From: an uncultured Pseudomonadota bacterium | GTDB lineage: Bacteria > Pseudomonadota > Alphaproteobacteria > JACZXZ01 | Length of the DNA stretch: 64,000 nt | Direction: 5' to 3' | NCBI GenBank assembly: GCA_963749075.1 | Contig: CAVVLJ010000016.1 | Coordinates: 256,001 to 320,000, forward strand | In this document: positions 29,072-40,118 of the stretch, one piece after another | How the letters are laid out: every line of letters starts with the position of its first letter | Position numbering within the stretch: position 1 is the stretch's first letter | Translations under genes and position numbers: made by a program | The notes under the pieces: generated by a model | What the model was told of the DNA's origin: nothing | Seen by the model: only the letters and a program-made list of their open reading frames with translations | The model's database searches: none

Positions 29072-30042
29072 GTGTCCGTCCGGGGACTTTGTGAGTCGGT
29101 GGAATCGGTTAGGCGGAGAAATCGCTTGAAGAGCAGGAATCTCTCGTGATTCCTTGTGTGGCACCGAGTCCTCTTCGAGGTGCCCGATGTGGACGACAGA
29201 AAACCGCCCCCGCTACAACCGCGACCGGCTGCGCTACCCGAGCGACCTGACCGATGCGGAATGGGACCTTGTGGAGCCGATCATTCCGCCTGGCAAACGC
29301 GGTGGCGGCAAGCGGCGGGTCAGCATGCGCGAGGTGGTCAACGGCGTGATGTACATCCTGAGCACCGGCTGCCAGTGGCGCTATCTGCCCAAAGACCTGC
29401 CGCCGCGGAGTACCGTGCATGACTACCTCAGCCTGTGGAACTGGGATGGCACGCTCGATCGCATCCACCACGCGCTCTACGTCAAGTGCCGCGAGAAGGC
29501 CGAACGGGAAGCAAGCCCCACCGCCTGCATCATCGACAGCCAGAGCGTGAAGAGCGCGGAAAAAGGGGGGCTCGCGCCGATCCGCCCGGCTTTGATGCGG
29601 GCAAGATGATCAAGGGCAAGAAGCGGCATGTTCTCGTCGACACGCAGGGCTTGCTCCTTCATGGCATCGTCACCGCCGCCGACGTTCAGGATCGCGATGG
29701 CGGCCTGGCCTTGCTGGCGACACTCTTCGGTCTGTTCCCCTATCTCGAAAAGTTGTTCGCCGACAGCGCCTACGAAGGACCGATCTTCCACACCGCCCTG
29801 GCCCACATCCTGCCTCATCTCAAAACCGAGATCGTCAAACGCTCGGATCGGGTCAAGGGCTTCATCGTGCTGCCAAAGCGCTGGATCGTCGAGCGCACCA
29901 TCGCTTGGCTCAACCGCTGCCGACGATTGGCCAAGGACTGGGAGAACCTCAACCGCACTGCGCTCGCCTTCCTAAAACTCGCTTCCATCCGACTCATGCT
30001 CCGAAAACTATGCAATCCATGATAAAGTCCCCGGACGGACTC
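29072..30042 (+). mobile_element. IS5-family element (IS1031-like), probably intact
   Basis: 19-bp IRs GTGTCCGTCCGGGGACTTT / AAAGTCCCCGGACGGACTC (1 mismatch); TAA on both flanks. Confidence 0.92.
29187..30022 (+). CDS. IS5 transposase split by A5G6 slippery site (29560-29570)
   Basis: ORFA YPSDLTDAEW, GCQWR.LP, IIDSQSVK; ORFB GKKRH.LVDTQG, ADSAY, RWIVERT. Confidence 0.88.
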
Positions 30043-30250
30043 TAAGGAGACCTGGGTCACTCGAGAAAGAAAGCAACTCTCTCAATTGCAGGCTCGGTAA
30101 CCTGGGTGGCACGGATACGCCAGCTATTTGGACGGCCTAAAGTCGGGTCAGCGCCGACGCCTCGGATCGGACGTGAGCCCCACTTGCATGCGATGCCGCT
30201 TTGGGCGCAGATATGGCTGTCCCTTTTCCCAACGAGAGCTACCAACAGCC

Positions 30251-30757
30251 ATGCCCCTCACCATGTATCAAGCGACGGTTCCCGCCTTCCTGCAGACCCT
30301 CAACGCCTGCTCCGCCATTCTCGGCAAGGCCGAGGCCGACGCCGCAACGCGCAAGATCGACCAGGCGACCTTGCTCGACTACCGGCTGGCGCCCGACATG
30401 TTCCCGCTGAGCAAACAGCTCCAGCTCGTCACGGATTTCGCCAAGGGTACGGTGGCACGGCTCGCCGGCGTCGAGGTGCCGAAATACGACGACAGTGAGA
30501 AGACGATCGCCGAGTTCAAGGCGCGGATCGCGAAAACGGCCGCCTTCGTGCAGGGCTTCAAGCCCAGCGCCATCGACGGCTCGGAGACGCGCGCCATATC
30601 CATCCCGATCGGCGGCCAGCCGACGACCTTCACAGGCCAGGACTATCTGGTGACGTTCGCGTTGCCCAATTTCTATTTTCACGCCACGGCGGCCTACGCC
30701 ATCCTGCGGCACTGCGGCGTGAACGTCGGCAAGCGCGACTTTCTCGGCCAGACCTGA
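30251..30757 (+). CDS. DUF1993 family protein
   Basis: RLAPDMFPL..Q, LPNFYFHATAAYAILRH.GV.VGKRDFLG. Confidence 0.9.
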   Translation: MPLTMYQATVPAFLQTLNACSAILGKAEADAATRKIDQATLLDYRLAPDMFPLSKQLQLVTDFAKGTVARLAGVEVPKYDDSEKTIAEFKARIAKTAAFVQGFKPSAIDGSETRAISIPIGGQPTTFTGQDYLVTFALPNFYFHATAAYAILRHCGVNVGKRDFLGQT

Positions 30758-30881
30758 CGAGTGCCGGACGGCACCGCAAGCTTGGCGTCCACAACATCAC
30801 TTTGGAAGTCTGCTCAGGCTTCACACATATTGCGGCCCGCTGCATAGCTCAACCATACAAAGGTTCAGCATGGGCGACTTA

Positions 30882-31727
30882 GGCTCCGGACCCATAAAAG
30901 GGCTTTTCAATCCAGGCGCTTTCTGATTCAAGGTCTCCGAAGGGAGACCACTCATGAAGCGAGATTGTTTTTGGCTGAGCGAGCGACAGTTCGCGCGGCT
31001 TGAGCCACATCTTCCGAGCGATACGCGCGGCAAGCCGAGGGTCGACGATCGGCGCGTCATCAGCGGGATCATTCATGTGCTTAAATCCGGCGGCCGCTGG
31101 GTCGATGCGCCACCGGTCTATGGGCCACGCAAGACCAAGACGCTGTACAATCGCTTCGTGCGCTGGGCGGCCAAAGGCATTTGGGAGACCATCTTCCAAG
31201 CTCTGGCTTCGGCGGGCGGCCCGCCGGCGCAGGTGCTGATCGATAGCTCGGCGGTGAAGGCTCATCGTTGCGCGGCGGGCGGAAAAGGGGGGAATTCACG
31301 CAGGCGATCGGCCGCTCGCGGGGCGGGCGCACCACGAAAATCCACGCGCTCACCGACAACCTCTGCCGCCCGATCGCATTCCTGCTGACCGGCGGCCAGG
31401 TGGCCGACTGCATCGCCGCCGATGCGCTCCTCGACCGGATGCCCGCCGCCATGATCCTGCACGGCGACAAGGGCTATGACAGCGATGCCGTCCGGCGCAA
31501 GATCGAGGCCTTGGGCGCCGCGCCGAACATTCCGCCAAAGGTGAACCGGCGCTAGAAAAACTGCTTCTCGCCCGCCCTCTATCGCGACCGCAATGCGATC
31601 GAGCGCATGTTCGGTCGAATCAAGGACTTCCGCAGGATTGCGACACGATACGATCGCCTTGCCCACAACTTCCTCGCCGCCGTCTGTCTCGTCGCCACCA
31701 TCTGCTAATGGTTATGAGTCTGGACCC
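30882..31727 (+). mobile_element. IS5-family element (IS427-like)
   Basis: IRs GGCTCCGGACCCATAA / TTATGAGTCTGGACCC (3 mismatches in 16), TA on both flanks. Confidence 0.85.
30954..31717 (+). pseudogene. Inactivated IS5 transposase
   Basis: A4G6 slippery site 31283-92; in-frame stops at 31553-55 and 31706-08; near-duplication AAGACC AAGACG at 31131-42. Confidence 0.85.
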
Positions 31728-31817
31728 TAGTATGAAATTGGGCTTTCCGGCAAAGTCACCCCCTTTTCCGCCCGTCAACCGATGCGGAGACACCCCCAAA
31801 AGCCGTCGGAAGTTACG

Positions 31818-31945
31818 ATGGATATATCGCCTCACGAGCACTCTCCTCGAGCGGCAGATACGCGCTTGAAACGCCCGACCGTGCGTCAAAAGAAGCTGAG
31901 GTCGTCAACCTATTTTCGCGCCATTGGCCCTGGTGTAATTTTAAC
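31818..31945 (+). pseudogene. Possible 5' remnant of a NRAMP-like transporter
   Basis: '...TYFRAIGPGVI' resembles the NRAMP N-terminal LGPG(L/V)I; similarity stops there. Confidence 0.3.
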
Positions 31946-32012
31946 CTGCGAGATCGACCTTGATCTGTCAGACCACAATCGCAATTGTACTTGCAACTGA
32001 AAGGGCGAATGG

Positions 32013-32696
32013 ATGCAGTTCATCACCTTCATGCGCGCGCGCGATGAACGGGACCCCACAGCGTTTCAGAAATGGTACCTCGGAACGTGCGGGCCTCAGC
32101 TACTTGGACGATCTTCAAAACTGCGACGCTTTCTCGTCAACCTTGCCCACCAGGGGCCGGAGGAGCTTCGTCGCCCCAGCGACAGCACGGATCCGCGAGC
32201 GCGATACGATCTGGTGACGCAGATGTGGTTCGACACGATTCCCGAGGCAAAATCTACACTGGATGATGTCGCAGTCGAACTCTCGGCGTGGGCGGATCAG
32301 CGGTACTCGTACGGCGTCAGCGATACGGTTGTGCTTGATAGGAGGGTCAATCATTCGGGAAGCAACTCGGGCATCAAGGTGATGCGCGGAATATTTTTTT
32401 TCGACGACATGCCAAATTCGGCGGCACGGAGGAGCTGGACTCTACACGCCCGGCTCGCGTTGAAGGTTCACGTGGGAATGTCCAGCTACGTCCAGCATTG
32501 GGTTGAGGAGAAGCTTTCGCCGAATGCCCCGGCCATCCGCGGTATCTCGGAGCTCTATTTCGCGAGCCGTGACGATTTGGTGGAGCGCTACTACGACTCA
32601 GAACGCGGCCGCGATGAGATCCTCCAAGATACTTCGCACTTCATTCAGGACCAATTGCCGCGCGTTTATGCAACTGAATACGTGTTGAGGACGTGA
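32013..32696 (+). CDS. EthD-family two-domain protein
   Basis: YDLVTQMWFD and YVQHWV...GISELYF dimeric alpha-beta barrel patterns. Confidence 0.7.
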   Translation: MQFITFMRARDERDPTAFQKWYLGTCGPQLLGRSSKLRRFLVNLAHQGPEELRRPSDSTDPRARYDLVTQMWFDTIPEAKSTLDDVAVELSAWADQRYSYGVSDTVVLDRRVNHSGSNSGIKVMRGIFFFDDMPNSAARRSWTLHARLALKVHVGMSSYVQHWVEEKLSPNAPAIRGISELYFASRDDLVERYYDSERGRDEILQDTSHFIQDQLPRVYATEYVLRT

Positions 32697-32833
32697 TTTC
32701 GCTGACCGGGCCCAATTTGTCGGGTTTCCCTTATGATTCCCTCCCGCTCCTCCGACATTTGCTGGGCGCGAAGCGAGTGAGACATGGTGGAGGTTGTTCG
32801 TCTTGGCGAGTTGACTGAGTGTGCGATGGTTGC

Positions 32834-33667
32834 TCAAATCGCATTCGGAGTCGGCCGTCTTTGCCGGTGGTACCGCTCGAGGAAACTGCGAATAGCATCA
32901 CCGGCACGTCTCGCACGCTCACTCAGCGAAAGGTGAGCGTGTGCCGCATTGGGTACTTCGCACTCGATCTCAATGTCGCCCGGAAGGGCATCCAGCATCT
33001 GGTATAGTGGCAGGCTGCCCTCCCCGGGGTAGAGTCGACCGCTGATCGCCTCTGCTCTGAGACCTTCCACCGTACCGGGGATGTCGGAGTCCGCGTCGCA
33101 AAGTTGCGCAAAGCAGATTCGCTCTGGTTCGATTCTTTTGATCGTCATCGGACTGCTACCGGAACGGTACAAGTGCAACGAGTCGATCAGAATGCCAGCG
33201 TTCGGCTGGCCGGCACGCTTCACGAGCCGATATGCGTCGTCAATCGTCCTCGCCTCGCTATACGGAATGAATTCCAATGCCAAGCCGATGCCGAACTTAG
33301 CTGCCGCCTGGCACCGGTCGGCCAGCATTTCCACGTAGCGGACTTCGTCCGGATCGTAGCAGCTCGCAACGATGACTCTCGCGCCGAGCTCGGCAGTCGC
33401 CTCGATCACCGGCACGAAGTCGGACAGCCGCAGATCGGGGTAGAAGTGGTACGCCGACACATTCGAGAGCCTGAGTCCGGTATCATCGAGGCGATGCCTT
33501 ATCTCCCTGATCATCGATGGATTGTTGATTACCTGTGTATAGGGATCGGGTACTCGACGACCCGTGATCCGAATTCCAACGGACTTGAAGCCACCCGCCG
33601 CAGCTGCCACGATGGTCTCGGTCGGCGGGGCGTAGAGCGTCGAATAGCCGAGGGTGAGATGACCCAT
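32834..33667 (-). CDS. Sugar phosphate isomerase/epimerase (xylose isomerase-like TIM barrel)
   Basis: LALEF, ILIDSLH, AQLCDA, RLYPGEG, ECEVP. Confidence 0.85.
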   Translation of the reverse strand: MGHLTLGYSTLYAPPTETIVAAAAGGFKSVGIRITGRRVPDPYTQVINNPSMIREIRHRLDDTGLRLSNVSAYHFYPDLRLSDFVPVIEATAELGARVIVASCYDPDEVRYVEMLADRCQAAAKFGIGLALEFIPYSEARTIDDAYRLVKRAGQPNAGILIDSLHLYRSGSSPMTIKRIEPERICFAQLCDADSDIPGTVEGLRAEAISGRLYPGEGSLPLYQMLDALPGDIEIECEVPNAAHAHLSLSERARRAGDAIRSFLERYHRQRRPTPNAI

Positions 33668-33703
33668 GTTGTTTTCCTAAGGGGCTCGAGCCTTTTGCTA
33701 GAA

Positions 33704-34816
33704 TCAAAGATCTGCGACGCGATAGGCCTTCATAACCGCCGGGTCGGGCTCATACCCAAGACCGGGTGCAGTAGGTACACGGATATTGCCGCCGATGGGT
33801 TGCGTGACGTCGCCATAGATCTGCGCTTCCAGCGCGACATAGAACTGCTCAATGAAACTTGGCCGCGGAAGCGCCGCCAGGAGATGGAGTGTCGCAAGAA
33901 AGCCAGGCCCGAAATAAGGTGAGTGTGGCGCCAGCGCGACGCTATTGGCTTCGGCCAGCGCGCTCACCTTACGAAATTCAGTGATCCCGCCGACCTTTGT
34001 GACGCTGGGCTGCGCATAGTCCACCGCGCGCGCGGAAAATATCTTTTGGAACTCATATGCAGTGCAGGCATTTTCACCGGCCGCGACGGGGATGCCGGCC
34101 TCCGCGCGCAGCATCGCAAGGGAGTCGAAATCTTCTGGGGGAAAAATGGGCTCCTCGAGCCAACGAATGCCGTAACACTTGAGCCGTGGCGCGATGTTGC
34201 GCGCCTCGATCGGCGTCCACGAGCAGTTGGTGTCGACCATTATTGGGACGTCCGGGCCGGCAGCTTCACGTGCTGCTCTCACTTCAGCCTCAGCCGTCTC
34301 ATGCACCTTGACAGCGCGGTATCCTGCCGCGAGGGCCTCACTCATCCGCTCGGCGACGAGCTCGGGGTCACGAAATCTGAACAAGCCTGCATAGGCTTTA
34401 ATCTCGCTGCGCGCAAGTCCGCCTAAAAACTCAACAAGCGGCAGGCCCGCGCGCTTGCCGGCGATGTCCCAGAGCGCAATGTCCAACCCCGAGAGGGCAA
34501 AGTTGGCAATACCGTAACGCCCATAGATATGAAGCACCTTCTGGATCTCATGGAGCAGCCCCGCGATGTTCCGCGGATCGCGGCCGATCGCCAACGGCGC
34601 CACCATATCTTCGATCGCGGCGCGCACGGCACGCTGGCAATTATAGCTGAACGCCTCACCCCAACCGATGATGCCGTCACTCGTCTCAACACGGACAAGC
34701 AGCATTTCGAGTGTGGAATAAGACTTGCCGCGCCATCCCGCCGACCGGCCGCCGTGGACGAACGGAATCTTGAGCGGCACGCTCTCAATCCGGGTAATCT
34801 TAATCTCATTCTTCAT
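33704..34816 (-). CDS. Mandelate racemase-subgroup enolase-superfamily enzyme
   Basis: GWGE, DIALWDIAGK, KVH, VDTN, EEP, AGEN, APHS. Confidence 0.9.
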   Translation of the reverse strand: MKNEIKITRIESVPLKIPFVHGGRSAGWRGKSYSTLEMLLVRVETSDGIIGWGEAFSYNCQRAVRAAIEDMVAPLAIGRDPRNIAGLLHEIQKVLHIYGRYGIANFALSGLDIALWDIAGKRAGLPLVEFLGGLARSEIKAYAGLFRFRDPELVAERMSEALAAGYRAVKVHETAEAEVRAAREAAGPDVPIMVDTNCSWTPIEARNIAPRLKCYGIRWLEEPIFPPEDFDSLAMLRAEAGIPVAAGENACTAYEFQKIFSARAVDYAQPSVTKVGGITEFRKVSALAEANSVALAPHSPYFGPGFLATLHLLAALPRPSFIEQFYVALEAQIYGDVTQPIGGNIRVPTAPGLGYEPDPAVMKAYRVADL

Positions 34817-35114
34817 TTGTCCACCAGTTGCATCGATGCCATATCCTCCGAGGTGGGTGCGGTCGAGTTGTGTTCGGAAAGTAGAGTCCCTTCGAGGACG
34901 CAAAAATCTGCCATCGCACGCCTCTCAGCGGCAACGCAAGACCCCAGTCTACTCCAAGAAATCGCGACCAGAGGGCGGCGAGCTAGATAGGTGCTGAGAC
35001 TCTTGATCGTCACCTCGCCTGACCGATGTGTCACGCCTAATCGTCGCGATCAGGCTATCGATAATAGACCGCGTGCAAGCACGCGTCATGGTGTATTCGC
35101 TGATCTGCTTCCGA

Positions 35115-36026
35115 TTATCCGCGCACTCGCCGCAACAGCCTCATTTGGAAGCTTTCACACACCGTTTGTCCGATTTCAGCGACCGTTCGGCTGACGCCGT
35201 TCGGCGAGTCAAGAGGATAAGACACGCACACATCGAACTTTGGAAGCCGTGATTTGCTCGTCAGAACTTTAATTTCCCCGAGTCGAATTGCCTCGCTCGC
35301 CGTCGCTGCGGGCAGCACGCCGATGCCGATCCCTTTCCGCACCAACTCGATGATAATGCCCGTGGCAGTGCAACCAATCACTCGAACCGGCCAGAGGCCG
35401 TTCGATTTGAACAACGTCTTGACCTCGTAATTGATGTGGGTGCCTTCCTCGTAGGTGACGATGACGTGTTTCGCTAGCTCCTTGAGAGACACCGACCTTG
35501 TCCCGACTCGGATGGCGGGGCTCGCGAGCCACTTGAGATCATATTGCGCGAGCCAAATACACCGCACATTCGGTTCATAGACGACACCGACGACGAATGC
35601 GATGTCGATCTCTCTCCGGATGAGGTGACGGTGGAGATTTGACGTTGAATCGGTGACAAGCTCGATACCGATCCGGGGAAAGCGGATTCTGATCCGTTTG
35701 ATGAGCGACGAGACCCAGGCATAGGCTAGCGTTTCGACTATGCCGATCCTGAGCGTTTTTTGGCCGGACTCGAGATCCCTCTTCTGCCTCTTTAAATCCT
35801 TCGTGAGGCGCAACACCTCCTGAGCGTAGCGCATGGCGTCGAGCCCGTCTTTGGTCAGGGCAATTTGGGTGCCATGCCGATTGAGCAATTTGGTGCCGAG
35901 TTCTGCCTCGAGGGCTGCAATTCGCGCTGAAATCGCCGGCTGGGTGAGATTCAGCCTTCCCGCGGCAGCGTGAAAGTTCTTAAGTGTCGCGACCCAAAGG
36001 AAAGTCTCGAGTTGGTTTGTGTGCAT
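35115..36026 (-). CDS. LysR-family regulator
   Basis: LETFLWVA...NFHAAA..LNLTQPAISARIAALE. Confidence 0.92.
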   Translation of the reverse strand: MHTNQLETFLWVATLKNFHAAAGRLNLTQPAISARIAALEAELGTKLLNRHGTQIALTKDGLDAMRYAQEVLRLTKDLKRQKRDLESGQKTLRIGIVETLAYAWVSSLIKRIRIRFPRIGIELVTDSTSNLHRHLIRREIDIAFVVGVVYEPNVRCIWLAQYDLKWLASPAIRVGTRSVSLKELAKHVIVTYEEGTHINYEVKTLFKSNGLWPVRVIGCTATGIIIELVRKGIGIGVLPAATASEAIRLGEIKVLTSKSRLPKFDVCVSYPLDSPNGVSRTVAEIGQTVCESFQMRLLRRVRG

Positions 36027-36097
36027 GGCCCATCCCTCGCACGGTCGAAGCAACAGAAAACCCTAGGCACGCCCGCGCTTGCTCCAGCCAAAGATCC

Positions 36098-36114
36098 GAT
36101 AGAATTATTTTATC
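36098..36114. promoter_or_regulatory. LysR-type T-N11-A box
   Basis: GATA-GAATTATTT-TATC in divergent intergenic region. Confidence 0.5.
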
Positions 36115-36204
36115 ATGCCTTGAAGGAAGAATCGATTGGACAGAGTGATAGCCCTCAAGATACTCGTAGCCTGCCGATGTACGGGGTTCCGAGGGGGCTT
36201 TCCG

Positions 36205-36624
36205 ATGGCCGACGCTGACACGATCTCGCTTGAGGATAAGTTCGCGATCATGGAGCTCATCACGCGCTACAATCACGCTGTCGATGGCGGTGATCCCGAC
36301 GGCGTTGCAGCGTGCTTCGCTGCTGACGGTACATTCCAAGGCCGCAGCGGCTACTTTTCCGGTAGCAACGAGCTGCGAAAGCTCGGCATGACGGTGACAC
36401 CCTCGCTCCTACCGCGTCATATCGTGAGCAATATCCTTATCAGGGTTCGTGCGGGCGAAAGGGATGCGGCTGACATCAAGTCCCATCTCCTTTTCTACGA
36501 GGTCACGCCTTCCGGGTTCAACTTCAAAACCAGCGGCGTTTACACCGATGTGGTAGTGAAGACCGGCAAGGAGTGGAAATTTCGCTCTCGTCTGATGACG
36601 CTCGACGTGGTGAGGGCACCATAA
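36205..36624 (+). CDS. SnoaL/NTF2-like protein
   Basis: LEDK.AI.ELITRY..AVD, FAADG, RHIVSN, GVYTD, WKFRSR. Confidence 0.85.
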   Translation: MADADTISLEDKFAIMELITRYNHAVDGGDPDGVAACFAADGTFQGRSGYFSGSNELRKLGMTVTPSLLPRHIVSNILIRVRAGERDAADIKSHLLFYEVTPSGFNFKTSGVYTDVVVKTGKEWKFRSRLMTLDVVRAP

Positions 36625-36790
36625 CCAGGCATCACGGTACCATGGCTCTGTTTCGGGTCACCGGTGATAGTGAGAGGAGTAACGGCGCTTACTTTGCGGC
36701 GCGCTTCTCTGCATTCCCAACCGGAAGATCAAGTCGGCCATTTTCATGAAGTTCCTGGGAAATAAGCGACAACACAGGGGGTGACATGTC

Positions 36791-37723
36791 ATGAAGACGA
36801 GGACCCGCGAGATTGCCGGGCACGATCCGGAGTCCGGCCAGCTTAGTTCGCGCCGCGCTTTTATTGCGGCGGGTTCTGCCCTCTCCCTCGGGGCTGGTAT
36901 ACTGGCGCTAGCGACAAGCGAGTCTGCGCAAGGCCAGGAGAACAAGGGGGAGTCCCTGCTAGACAAGTGGGTGCGCGAGAAGAAGGCCGTGATCGGCATC
37001 GATTTAACGAACGCACCGTTGCGCTTCCGGGACTCCTCGGGAAAACCGACCGGAATGGGCGTTGAGTTGCTCGAACTCCTACTAAAGGACATTGGCGCCG
37101 AACCGGTGTACGTGGAAATGCCGTTCGGCCAAATGTTCGCTGCATTATCAGCCGGCAAGTTCGAAATGATGGGAAACTTTGCCACGATCCTGCCAGGGCG
37201 ATCTTTACGAGGCGCCTTTGCCGGCTTCCCGGCGCACTACCAGCACAATGTCGCGTATTTGAAGGAAGGCTCCAAGCTCACTCACGTGAGCGAACTGGAT
37301 GCGGCAGGCATCACGATCGCTGCCATGCAAGGGACATCGGAAGACAGCATGACGAGGTTTATCTTTCCGAAGGCCACGATTCAGGCCTTTCCACAGATAA
37401 CGGACGCGATAAACGCCGTAGGGACAGGCCGTGTCGATGCCCTGGTCACGGATGCCCTAAGCGGTCCGTCGATATTCAAGACGTTTCCGAAGGTGACGGT
37501 GATTCCCGAAAGCGTGAACGCAATCTCGAATAGCTTTTTCATGCCACCGACGGATTTCAAGCTTTGGACGTTCGTGACGAACTGGCTGCGCTATCAGGCC
37601 TGCAATCGTCTCATGCTGGGGCTCTATTACAAGTGGTTCGGGACGGAAATGCGGGATAAATACAAGATCCCCATCGTCACGGTTGGTTCCGGCGGTGAAC
37701 CGCTGACGGTATCGGCCACATAG
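36791..37723 (+). CDS. Amino-acid ABC substrate-binding protein with Tat signal
   Basis: SRRAFI twin-arginine motif; ALSAGKFE, GRVDALVTD. Confidence 0.82.
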   Translation: MKTRTREIAGHDPESGQLSSRRAFIAAGSALSLGAGILALATSESAQGQENKGESLLDKWVREKKAVIGIDLTNAPLRFRDSSGKPTGMGVELLELLLKDIGAEPVYVEMPFGQMFAALSAGKFEMMGNFATILPGRSLRGAFAGFPAHYQHNVAYLKEGSKLTHVSELDAAGITIAAMQGTSEDSMTRFIFPKATIQAFPQITDAINAVGTGRVDALVTDALSGPSIFKTFPKVTVIPESVNAISNSFFMPPTDFKLWTFVTNWLRYQACNRLMLGLYYKWFGTEMRDKYKIPIVTVGSGGEPLTVSAT

Positions 37724-37771
37724 ATCGGCGCCCCCGAGTCTTCCAGGCACGCGAGCCAGAGCGTTCGGGTC

Positions 37772-38440
37772 ATGAGTCCCGGCTACGTCTTCCAGTGGTC
37801 GACCGTGCTGGATCGTTGGCCGCTGCTCCTGGCCGGTGCCTGGATAGACGTGTGGGTTACGGTGCTGGGTTTCTTGCTTGCATGTGTGCTTGGCCTCGTG
37901 GCGGCAATCATGCGGCTCGAAGGAAGTGCGATAATTGCGGCTCCGGCAGTCGCATACGTGGAAGTCGCGCGTGGAATACCCACTTACGTCTTTTTGCTCT
38001 GGATCCACTTCGGCCTGGCAAGCCTTGCAGGAATAGCGTTCACGCCAACTCAAAGCATTGTTGCGGTTCTGGCGCTGACCGGGGGCGGTTACACGGCCGA
38101 GATTTTTCGAGCCGGAATTTCTGCAATTGAGCGGGGGCAGACCGAGGCTGCGAAATCGCTTGGGCTGAGTGCGGTCCAGACCTATCGAGACGTCATTTTA
38201 CCCCAGGCCCTTCGGGTTTTTGTACCGCCTCTCGGGAACATCCTCGTTGGCTTGTTGAAGGGCGCGACGCTCATGAGCGTGATAGCGGTGCCCGATATGA
38301 TGCACTTTGCTCAGGATCTCAATATGAATAACTTCGTCCCCTTCGAGGCCTTTACGTCAGTGCTTGTCGTATTCGTCAGTCTGGTGTCGATCGTTTCGTT
38401 GCTGGTGATCGGAATAGAGAGGGCGCTCGTGCATCCATGA
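37772..38440 (+). CDS. Amino-acid ABC permease
   Basis: YVEVARGIP, AEIFRAG..AIERGQTEAA.SLG, ILPQA. Confidence 0.9.
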   Translation: MSPGYVFQWSTVLDRWPLLLAGAWIDVWVTVLGFLLACVLGLVAAIMRLEGSAIIAAPAVAYVEVARGIPTYVFLLWIHFGLASLAGIAFTPTQSIVAVLALTGGGYTAEIFRAGISAIERGQTEAAKSLGLSAVQTYRDVILPQALRVFVPPLGNILVGLLKGATLMSVIAVPDMMHFAQDLNMNNFVPFEAFTSVLVVFVSLVSIVSLLVIGIERALVHP

Positions 38441-39102
38441 ACTATCAGATGGACTGGAATGCCGTCGCCGAAAAGCTCCCGCTGCTGGCAAGGGGGCTGA
38501 TCTTCACGATTGAGATCTCGATCACGGCCTACGCTCTTTCGCTGGCCGCCGGCCTAGTGGTGGCTCTAATGAGAAGGTCGGCTTGGCGACTCCTGAGTGC
38601 AGCAGCATTCGTGTACACACAATTCTTTCGTTCAATCTCCATATATATATACATCCTCTGGATTTATTTCGGCTTGGCCGCGCTCGCTGGCCTCAACTTC
38701 AGCCCGTTTACGGCGAGCGTCATCTCTCTGGTCCTGCTGAACAGCGCGTATATGTCTGAAATCTATCGCTCAGCTATAGATGCTGTCGAAGTCGGGCAGC
38801 GCGAAGCCGCTTCGAGCCTCGGGATGAGCCGCATAGCCATACTATTCGACATCATTCTGCCGCAGGCGCTCAGGATCGCATTGCCGCCGCTGATCAACCA
38901 GTTCACTATGATTATTAAGGACTCATCGGTCGTTGCGGTTATTGGAGCCGGCGATCTGATGTATCAGACAATTGCCGCCGCGAATTTGCAATATCGATCG
39001 TTCGAGTTTTATACGACAGCCGCAATGATTTACCTCGGCATGGTACTGGTCGTCTCCTGGCTGGGTCGGGTCGTCGAGCTGCGATTGAAGGTGGTGCATT
39101 GA
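38437..39102 (+). CDS. Amino-acid ABC permease
   Basis: [22 protein letters not shown]. Confidence 0.9.
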   Translation: MNYQMDWNAVAEKLPLLARGLIFTIEISITAYALSLAAGLVVALMRRSAWRLLSAAAFVYTQFFRSISIYIYILWIYFGLAALAGLNFSPFTASVISLVLLNSAYMSEIYRSAIDAVEVGQREAASSLGMSRIAILFDIILPQALRIALPPLINQFTMIIKDSSVVAVIGAGDLMYQTIAAANLQYRSFEFYTTAAMIYLGMVLVVSWLGRVVELRLKVVH

Positions 39103-39104
39103 CA

Positions 39105-39974
39105 ATGAAGGGTTTGACAAGCGGGAATCTCGGCGCAGGAGCGGCAGGATCAACGTCTCCGGGATTCGACGATGTTGTCCTGAGACTGGAACAAATTAAC
39201 AAATGGTTTGGCCGCGTCCGGCGTTGGTACGGCCGTGACAATGATGCCCGTCATCACGTGTTGAAGGACGTCAGCCTCTCGGTGAAAAAGGGCGAGGTCC
39301 TAGTTGTCATCGGCCCAAGCGGTTCTGGCAAGAGCACTCTTCTGCGCTGCATCAATATGCTCACGCCAGCGGACAGCGGGGCGGTCACTTTCCTCGACAG
39401 GCACTGGTCCCTACCTCAGGTCCGGCTCAGAAGCCCCATGGCGCACTGGCGACGTGAACGGGATTTGCGCCGCATGCGAGCACGCATCGGGATGGTATTC
39501 CAGCATTTTAATCTGTTCCCTCACAAGACCGCACTTGCGAACATCATGCTGGCACCAATGCGCGTTCTGGAGATGCCGTTCGCACAAGCCAAGGACCGCG
39601 CCCTAGCCGAGCTCGAGCGTGTGGGCATGGCGGGGAAGGCCACCGCATACCCGGGGCAGTTGTCCGGCGGACAGAAGCAGCGCGTGGCGATTGCGAGGGC
39701 GATGGCCATGCGCCCCGAGCTTATGTTGTTCGATGAGGCGACGTCGGCACTCGACCCGGAAATAATTGAGGACATCCTTGATCAGATGAAACAGCTGGCA
39801 ATGGCAGGAATGACCATGATCGTCGTGACCCACGAAATGGGATTCGCACGCGAAATGGGCGACCGGATCATCTTTATGGATGAAGGACGGATCGTCGAGG
39901 AGGGGACAGCGAGGGAGCTTGTTGCGGCACCAAAGAACCCCCGCACTCAGGCTTTTCTACGCGCCATTCTGTAG
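39105..39974 (+). CDS. Amino-acid ABC ATP-binding protein (GlnQ-like)
   Basis: [45 protein letters not shown]. Confidence 0.92.
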   Translation: MKGLTSGNLGAGAAGSTSPGFDDVVLRLEQINKWFGRVRRWYGRDNDARHHVLKDVSLSVKKGEVLVVIGPSGSGKSTLLRCINMLTPADSGAVTFLDRHWSLPQVRLRSPMAHWRRERDLRRMRARIGMVFQHFNLFPHKTALANIMLAPMRVLEMPFAQAKDRALAELERVGMAGKATAYPGQLSGGQKQRVAIARAMAMRPELMLFDEATSALDPEIIEDILDQMKQLAMAGMTMIVVTHEMGFAREMGDRIIFMDEGRIVEEGTARELVAAPKNPRTQAFLRAIL

Positions 39975-40118
39975 GATGTTTGCGATGCCTGCCCTTGCGC
40001 GGAGGCAGAACTCGGGCAAATCCACCAGGTGTCGTCTGGAGGCGCGGTCCGCCGTACGATCGGCTCCAGTGGATGGGAGCTTGCGGTTCGATGCGCGAGC
40101 GCAATGCGGACGCGCGCA

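Noticed and set aside
32814-32820. Isolated ACTGAGT
   Set aside because: Lacks the downstream AAA/TTTC elements and second repeat; likely chance
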